Virus record (IMG/VR): IMGVR_UViG_3300009647_000160
Reading direction: 5' to 3' (one strand)
DNA: 64,000 nt
From: an uncultured virus (IMG/VR IMGVR_UViG_3300009647_000160)
Taxonomy: Duplodnaviria; Heunggongvirae; Uroviricota; Caudoviricetes
Within the stretch, counting starts at the first letter, position 1. The number at the start of each line of letters is the position of its first letter. A program made the translations under genes and the position numbers. Of the stretch, positions 58,111 through 64,000 are shown one piece after another. The notes beneath the pieces are model-generated. The model was not told where the DNA came from. It did not search any database and was given only the letters and a program-made list of their open reading frames with translations.

Positions 58111-58687
58111 CGGAAGGCTTCAACACGGCGACAAGCGTTCTGACCATGCAGGACGGCGTGTAATACTCTCCGCCGCGCTTGCCCTCTTTGCTGGCAAACT
58201 GCTGGAGGCAGTATTCATATGTGCGACCGAGGATATCTTTGTCGGTTCCGTGCTCTACCATGTGAATGTTTGTAAAGAGATCGACAACGTTTCCGAGACG
58301 GCGCTTATCCAGCTCGCCACGGGCAAAGTTCTTCGGTAAGATGTCTTTTAACCGCTTGTTCTCTTTTTCGATAGCTCGCATGGCATCATCAATGACCGTG
58401 CCGATTTCCTCACGGTGTGCGGCTTCGGCGATGACGCTCCAACGTGCCGTCGGAGGAACATAGAAAACGTTCACCTCTGCATAGGCGTCCTTGTCCTCAA
58501 CGTCATCGTCATCCGCAAGGAGCTGCTGATACCGCTCTTCAAATTTATCTGATATATATTTGAGGAATATAAGCCCAAGTACGACGTGCTTATATTCCGA
58601 GGCATCCATATTGCCGCGGAGAATATCCGCCGCGGCCCAAATTTGCTGTTCAAAGCCAATGTCGGCTGTGCTGCTCCCGTTTGCCAT
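58094..58687 (-). pseudogene. hsdM: Type I R-M methyltransferase, N-terminal part (ORF reads on into phage DNA to 58052)
   Basis: IWAAADILRGNMDASEYKHVVLGLIFLKYISD, DILGRTYEY, GEYYTP. Confidence 0.93.
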
Positions 58688-59255
58688 ATCACTACCTCTT
58701 TTTTATCGTTTTTTCTTAGTAATTCTATCCTAAACAGTGTCCCATTTAAAGTACTTGCTATTGTTGCCCCCGAGACCCGGGACCCCGAGACGAGATTTAA
58801 TTCCTATCGTATATAGGACAAATATAACATTCAACGTATACAAACAGTCTGAAATTTAAAGCTCGTCTCACTGTTAGTACATATTATGTTCTGCGGAAGA
58901 ATGCTTTGTCGCAGGACTCCAAAAGCTAAATATTTTCTAGAGAGTTGACTATGCGTCAGCAATGCACATGTCTGCGAAATCCCCAACACTGCCTCACAGA
59001 GCTACAAGTTTTGATACTTGTAGCTTTTCCATTTTTGTAGGAAGGCAGAAAGTAAGTTATTTTGCTAAATATTGTATCACAAATACTACCCACAATCAAT
59101 CACACAGCACAAAAATTGGCTAAAGTAATGTGCTGCTTTTCTATTGCTTCTTCTTATTAGCAAAAAAATTACTGTTTCTTCGTCAAAATGGCTCTCTCAT
59201 GTCCAGCGAGTTATGAAAGCAAGAAAAAACCGCTTTTAGGCTGGAGGTGAAAGAG

Positions 59256-59483
59256 ATGTATCAGACACAGGTAAAACCCAAGGGCTGTGCTGCGGACGAG
59301 GAGCTCGTTGAAGTTCTCACCGCGATCAGCGTTGTGTCCATGCGGCTGGCAAGAAAACTGACCTTGCTTGCCGAACAGAGCAAATCCACGGAAGGAGAAA
59401 AAGCAAATGAGCAAAATGAGCGAGATGTCCACGACCATCGAAGAACTGCGCAGGTGTGCTGCTGCTATCAGCGACGCGGCTAG
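59256..59483 (+). CDS. Small hypothetical protein
   Basis: Paralog of 19389-19598. Confidence 0.6.
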   Translation: MYQTQVKPKGCAADEELVEVLTAISVVSMRLARKLTLLAEQSKSTEGEKANEQNERDVHDHRRTAQVCCCYQRRG

Positions 59484-59718
59484 CTGGCTGGCGGAGCAGT
59501 TCAGCGGCAACGAGCCGGAGCCGGAAGCCCCGCCTGAAGATCCGATACTGACACTGGAAGCGGTCAGAGCCGTCCTTGCGGATAAGTCCCGCGCGGGCTT
59601 CACCGCTCAGATTCGCTCGCTGCTTCAGAAGTACGGTGCCGATAAGCTGTCGGGTGTTGACCCGGAAAATTACAAGGCGCTGCTTGCAGATGTGGAGGGG
59701 CTCAACGATGCCACCTAA
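59407..59718 (+). CDS. Conserved small phage replication-module protein
   Basis: Paralog of 19534-19833. Confidence 0.75.
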   Translation: MSKMSEMSTTIEELRRCAAAISDAASWLAEQFSGNEPEPEAPPEDPILTLEAVRAVLADKSRAGFTAQIRSLLQKYGADKLSGVDPENYKALLADVEGLNDAT

Positions 59719-60847
59719 AGGACACGCCATTCTCTCCGCATCCAGCTCTGCCCGCTGGTTGCATTGCCCGCCGTCTGCTCGGCTCTGTGAGAGCTACGAT
59801 GACAAGGGCAGCGACTATGCTGCGGAAGGAACAGATGCCCATGCACTTTGCGAATTCAGGCTCCGTCAGGCGCTGGGCATGGAAACGACCGACCCAACCG
59901 AGTGCCTCACATGGTACAACGAGGAAATGAGCGACTGCGCCACTGGCTATGCCGCCTATGTACTCGAACAGGTGGAAGCGGCAAAACAGACCTGCGCCGA
60001 TCCTGTCGTTCTCATTGAACAGCGTGTGGACTTCTCCCGCTGGGTAGAGTCCAGCTTCGGTACAGCCGACTGCATTATCATCGCAGACGGCACCTTGCAG
60101 ATCATCGACTACAAGCACGGTCTGGGAGTGCTCGTGAGCGCGGAGAAAAACCCGCAAATGCAGTGCTACGCGCTGGGCGCTCTGGAGCTGTTCGACGGCA
60201 TTTACGACATCGACTCGGTGCGCATGACAATATATCAGCCCCGCCGCGACAATGTCAGCACCTACGAGCTATCTAAGGACGAGCTTTACCGCTGGGCGGA
60301 CGAGGTACTCAAGCCTACCGCCGACCTTGCTTTCGCCGGTGACGGTGAATTTAAGTGTGGCGATTACTGCCGATTCTGCACGGCAAGGAATGACTGCCGT
60401 GCAAGAGCGGACGCCAACATGGAACTTGCCCGCTATGATTTCAAACTGCCGCCGCTGCTGACTGATGACGAAGTCGAAGAAATCCTCGCCCGCGTGGACG
60501 ACCTCGTTTCATGGGCGGCGGACATTAAGGAATACGCCTTGCAGCAAGCAATCAGCGGTAAGGAGTGGCACGGCTGGAAGCTGGTCGAAGGTCGCTCGAA
60601 CCGCAGGTACACAAACGAAACGGCAGTCGCCGGTGCAGTCACCGACGCTGGCTTTGACCCCTATGAGCACAAGATGCTGGGCGTCACAGCCATGCAGAAG
60701 TTGCTCGGCAAATCTCGCTTTGACGAACTTCTCGCGCCGTTCATTGAGAAGCCGCAAGGCAAACCCACACTCGTTCTGGCGAGCGATAAACGCCCGGTAA
60801 TGAACACAGCCAAAAATGATTTTATGGAGGAAAACGATTATGAATAA
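59708..60847 (+). CDS. DUF2800 PD-(D/E)xK nuclease
   Basis: Paralog of 19823-20962. Confidence 0.85.
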   Translation: MPPKGHAILSASSSARWLHCPPSARLCESYDDKGSDYAAEGTDAHALCEFRLRQALGMETTDPTECLTWYNEEMSDCATGYAAYVLEQVEAAKQTCADPVVLIEQRVDFSRWVESSFGTADCIIIADGTLQIIDYKHGLGVLVSAEKNPQMQCYALGALELFDGIYDIDSVRMTIYQPRRDNVSTYELSKDELYRWADEVLKPTADLAFAGDGEFKCGDYCRFCTARNDCRARADANMELARYDFKLPPLLTDDEVEEILARVDDLVSWAADIKEYALQQAISGKEWHGWKLVEGRSNRRYTNETAVAGAVTDAGFDPYEHKMLGVTAMQKLLGKSRFDELLAPFIEKPQGKPTLVLASDKRPVMNTAKNDFMEENDYE

Positions 60848-61415
60848 CAACACTGCAAAGGTTAACAACCCGATGAAGGTTATCACCGGTCCCAACACCC
60901 GCTGGTCTTTTGCCAACGTCTGGGAGGCAAAGAGCATCAACGGCGGTACGCCGAAGTTCTCTGTCAGCCTCATTATCCCTAAGTCCGACAACAAGACGGT
61001 CGCCAAGATCAAGGCGGCTATTGAGGCGGCTTACCACGAGGGCGAGTCCAAGCTCAAAGGCAACGGCAAGTCTGTGCCTCCGCTGACGGCGCTCAAGATC
61101 CCTCTCCGCGACGGTGATGCCGAGCGCCCTGACGACGAGGCTTACACCAATGCTTACTTCATCAATGCCAATGCGACCACTGCTCCCGGTATTGTGGATG
61201 CTGACCGCAACCCCATTATGACCCGCTCCGAGGTCTATTCCGGTGTGTATGGTCGCGCTAGCATCAGCTTCTATGCTTTCAACTCCAACGGCAACAAGGG
61301 CATCGCTTGCGGTTTGAACAACCTGCAGAAAATCCGTGACGGTGAGCCCCTGGGAGGCAAGGCGAGTGCTGAGGACGATTTCGCAACCGAGAACGACGAG
61401 GACTTCCTCGCCTAA
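60840..61415 (+). CDS. DUF2815 single-stranded DNA-binding protein
   Basis: Paralog of 20955-21527. Confidence 0.85.
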   Translation: MNNNTAKVNNPMKVITGPNTRWSFANVWEAKSINGGTPKFSVSLIIPKSDNKTVAKIKAAIEAAYHEGESKLKGNGKSVPPLTALKIPLRDGDAERPDDEAYTNAYFINANATTAPGIVDADRNPIMTRSEVYSGVYGRASISFYAFNSNGNKGIACGLNNLQKIRDGEPLGGKASAEDDFATENDEDFLA

Positions 61416-61485
61416 GACCTACATCATTTTCGGATGGTGGCGGAGGGATTTCTCTCCGCCACTTTCCGTATGGAGGGCAAACACT

Positions 61486-64000
61486 ATGAAAACCTTAGAA
61501 ATAGATATTGAGACATACAGCAGCGCCGATCTTTCCAAATGCGGCGTATATAAATATGTAGAAGCACCCGATTTCGGAATCATCCTCTTTGGATATAGCA
61601 TAGACGGCGGCGAGGTATGCGTGGTCAACTTGGCGCAGGGCGAAACGCTCCCTGCCGAGGTGCTGTCGGCATTGGAGGACGAGTCCGTCATCAAGTACGC
61701 CTTTAATGCCTCTTTTGAACGTGTCTGTATTTCACGCTTTCTTGGCTACACGACCGGGGAGTATCTTGACCCGTCATCATGGCGCTGCTCCATGATATGG
61801 TCGGCGTATCTCGGCCTGCCGCTGTCTCTGAAGGGCGTCGGCACGGTGCTCGGCTTGGACAAACAGAAGATGGACGAGGGCAAAGACCTCATCAAGTTCT
61901 TCTGCCAGCCCTGTGCGCCGACAAAAGCCAATGGCGGCAGGACGCGCAATCTTCCATCCGACGCGCCGGACAAGTGGGCTACCTTCAAAGACTATAATAA
62001 ACGGGACGTTGAGGTGGAAATGCTGATACAGCGGAAGCTCGCCAAGTTCCCAGTGCCGGACAGCGTCTGGGACGAGTACCACTTAAGCGAAGAGATAAAC
62101 GACCGGGGCATCCGTGTAGATATGCCCTTCGTAAAACGAGCCATCGCTTTTGACGAGCGGTCACGCGCCCAGCTCTCTGCCGCAATGCAGAATATTACGG
62201 AACTGGACAATCCCAACTCCGTACAGCAGATGAAATCATGGCTGGCTGAGAACGGCCTCGAAACAGACACGCTCGGCAAAAAGGCGGTGGCAGCGCTGGT
62301 AAAGGACGCTCCCGGAGAGCTTGGCGAGGTATTGCAGCTTCGCCAGCAGCTTGCGAAATCCTCCGTCAAAAAGTACACTGCTATGGAAAACGCGGTCTGC
62401 GCAGATGACCGTGTCAGAGGGATGTTCATGTTTTACGGAGCCAATCGCACTGGACGCTGGTGCTTAACCGGCGACCATGAAGTTCTCACGGATAATGGTT
62501 GGATGCGCCTGGATGAATGGGATGGCGGAAGAATTGCCTGTTGGAATCCGCATGGAGAAACAGTTTCTTTCCAAAAGGCAAAACAACTCGCTTTCCCATA
62601 TCAGGGAGTCATGTTCGAGTATACGGATAAACGCATATCGCAAATTAGCACTCCGGATCACAGAATGTATGTTAAGAAGCGGTATGGCGGCGAATGGATC
62701 ACAGATACGGTGCAAAATATGGCAAGTTACCGCCCGTCAATTCCGTTTACAGGATTTCGCCAGACAACATCGGGATTAGAACATGGTAAACTTCGCGTTA
62801 TGGTGATGGTGCAAGCGGATGGTCACTACTGTGAAGACGGCACCATTAAACTTGGCTTTACCAAAATCCGAAAAGCGGAACGTTGTAAATCATTACTTAG
62901 GGCAGCAGATATCCAATACTCATATAAAGAGTATACGGATTCGGCAAAGACCCGATTGGCGTTTACCATTCTTTCTCGTGACGTACCTTTATGGTTAAGG
63001 CAGTTCAAAGATAAAACATTCGGAAGCTGGCTCTTTGATGAAAGTGCAGATGTCTTTTTTGATGAGCTGGTCTACTGGGATGGCTATCGCTCTGCAAAAA
63101 ACAGCATTCAGTATGTTACTTGCAATAAACAGAATGCTGATACAGTGCAGGCGTTCGCTCATATATCAGGTAGAGCGGCATCAATAAGAACCAAAACAAG
63201 AGCTGTTGAACACCCGAATTGGAGCGACGCTTATTATGTGGATATTTGGCTTACTCCCATCAACTGTCACGAAGTCCGTGTTAAACCGAAGCTTCATAAT
63301 TTCGACGGACAAGTATACTGTGCAGAAACCTCAACAGGATATTTCCTCGTTCGTCGAGATGGGAAGGTGTGGGTTACGGGTAACTCAGGTCGGCTGGTTC
63401 AGCTTCAAAATCTGCCGCAGAACCATATTCCCGACCTCGCCGAAGCGCGGAGTCTGGTGGCTGGCGATCACTACGATGCGCTCGAAATGCTGTATGAGGA
63501 TATCCCGGACACTCTCTCCCAGCTTATTCGCACGGCATTCGTGCCGAGAGTCGGGACAAAGTTCATTGTTTCGGACTTCAGTGCCATTGAAGCGAGAGTG
63601 ATTGCGTGGCTTGCCGGGGAAAGCTGGCGCACGGAGGTTTTCCAGAACGGTGGCGACATCTACTGCGCATCCGCTTCAGCCATGTTCAAAGTTCCAGTGG
63701 AAAAGCATGGCGTGAACAGCCATCTGCGGCAAAAAGGCAAGATTGCGGAACTGGCACTTGGCTACGGCGGCTCCGTCGGTGCGCTCAAAGCAATGGGCGC
63801 TTTGGAGATGGGACTGACCGAGGACGAGCTTCAGCCGCTGGTAGACGCGTGGCGAAAATCCAATCAGCGCATCGTGAAGTTCTGGTGGGATGTCGACCGC
63901 GCCGTGAAGACCGCCGTAAAGGAGAAAACCACTGCATCCACAAATGGTGTCAGCTTTTCCTACCAGAGCGGCTTCCTGTTTATTACGCTGCCAAGCGGCA
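61486..64000 (+). CDS. Family A DNA polymerase with intein (runs off window end; absent from ORF track)
   Basis: MKTLEIDIETYS..., RTGRW-[intein]-SGRLVQLQNLP, SDFSAIEAR, KIAELALGYG in one frame. Confidence 0.9.
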   Translation, partial: MKTLEIDIETYSSADLSKCGVYKYVEAPDFGIILFGYSIDGGEVCVVNLAQGETLPAEVLSALEDESVIKYAFNASFERVCISRFLGYTTGEYLDPSSWRCSMIWSAYLGLPLSLKGVGTVLGLDKQKMDEGKDLIKFFCQPCAPTKANGGRTRNLPSDAPDKWATFKDYNKRDVEVEMLIQRKLAKFPVPDSVWDEYHLSEEINDRGIRVDMPFVKRAIAFDERSRAQLSAAMQNITELDNPNSVQQMKSWLAENGLETDTLGKKAVAALVKDAPGELGEVLQLRQQLAKSSVKKYTAMENAVCADDRVRGMFMFYGANRTGRWCLTGDHEVLTDNGWMRLDEWDGGRIACWNPHGETVSFQKAKQLAFPYQGVMFEYTDKRISQISTPDHRMYVKKRYGGEWITDTVQNMASYRPSIPFTGFRQTTSGLEHGKLRVMVMVQADGHYCEDGTIKLGFTKIRKAERCKSLLRAADIQYSYKEYTDSAKTRLAFTILSRDVPLWLRQFKDKTFGSWLFDESADVFFDELVYWDGYRSAKNSIQYVTCNKQNADTVQAFAHISGRAASIRTKTRAVEHPNWSDAYYVDIWLTPINCHEVRVKPKLHNFDGQVYCAETSTGYFLVRRDGKVWVTGNSGRLVQLQNLPQNHIPDLAEARSLVAGDHYDALEMLYEDIPDTLSQLIRTAFVPRVGTKFIVSDFSAIEARVIAWLAGESWRTEVFQNGGDIYCASASAMFKVPVEKHGVNSHLRQKGKIAELALGYGGSVGALKAMGALEMGLTEDELQPLVDAWRKSNQRIVKFWWDVDRAVKTAVKEKTTASTNGVSFSYQSGFLFITLPSG
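62461..63384 (+). mobile_element. Intein (308 aa) with LAGLIDADG-type homing endonuclease
   Basis: Starts CLTGDHEVLT, block B TPDH, motifs MVMVQADG and ELVYWDG, ends VWVTGN followed by Ser; absent from the paralogous polymerase. Confidence 0.92.

Larger units (their letters stand above)
59256..64000 (+). mobile_element. Replication module of a second, related prophage-like element (outer element; continues beyond the window)
   Basis: Same gene order as, and clear similarity to, 19389-23768. Confidence 0.85.

Noticed and set aside
59256..64000. Second replication module as an assembly duplication
   Set aside because: The copies differ at many synonymous and amino-acid positions, in one small gene and in the intein

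Overview
The window holds a complete, ~56.8 kb siphovirus-type prophage (1295-58093), probably from a Clostridia-like Firmicute (inferred from gene content). It is integrated by large serine recombinases into the SAM-binding motif (IY-D-PCCGSGG) of a type I restriction-modification methyltransferase gene, hsdM. The two hsdM halves (58094-58687 and 385-1294, minus strand) rejoin in frame at a shared GA/TC dinucleotide to give a 501-aa HsdM followed by hsdS. The element ends rebuild a 50-bp imperfect-palindromic attP. The interrupted hsdM appears to be cargo of a second, related prophage-like element whose replication module starts at ~59.2 kb and whose DNA polymerase carries an intein, so this looks like a prophage nested in a related prophage. 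The inner phage carries a ~16.5 kb minus-strand defence island: HTH regulator, Hachiman-like hamA/hamB, type III R-M mod/res, a HEPN-SNF2 helicase, and a sacsin-type GHKL ATPase with a degenerate HNH. The last pair matches no system I can name. Replication, packaging, head, tail, lysis and double-recombinase modules follow, plus a Spo0A C-terminal-like gene. Non-coding signals include a structured leader before the sigma-like gene, two three-copy bipartite promoter-like motifs, phased direct repeats and a -1 frameshift site. All family assignments are from motif recognition by eye; no database search was run.
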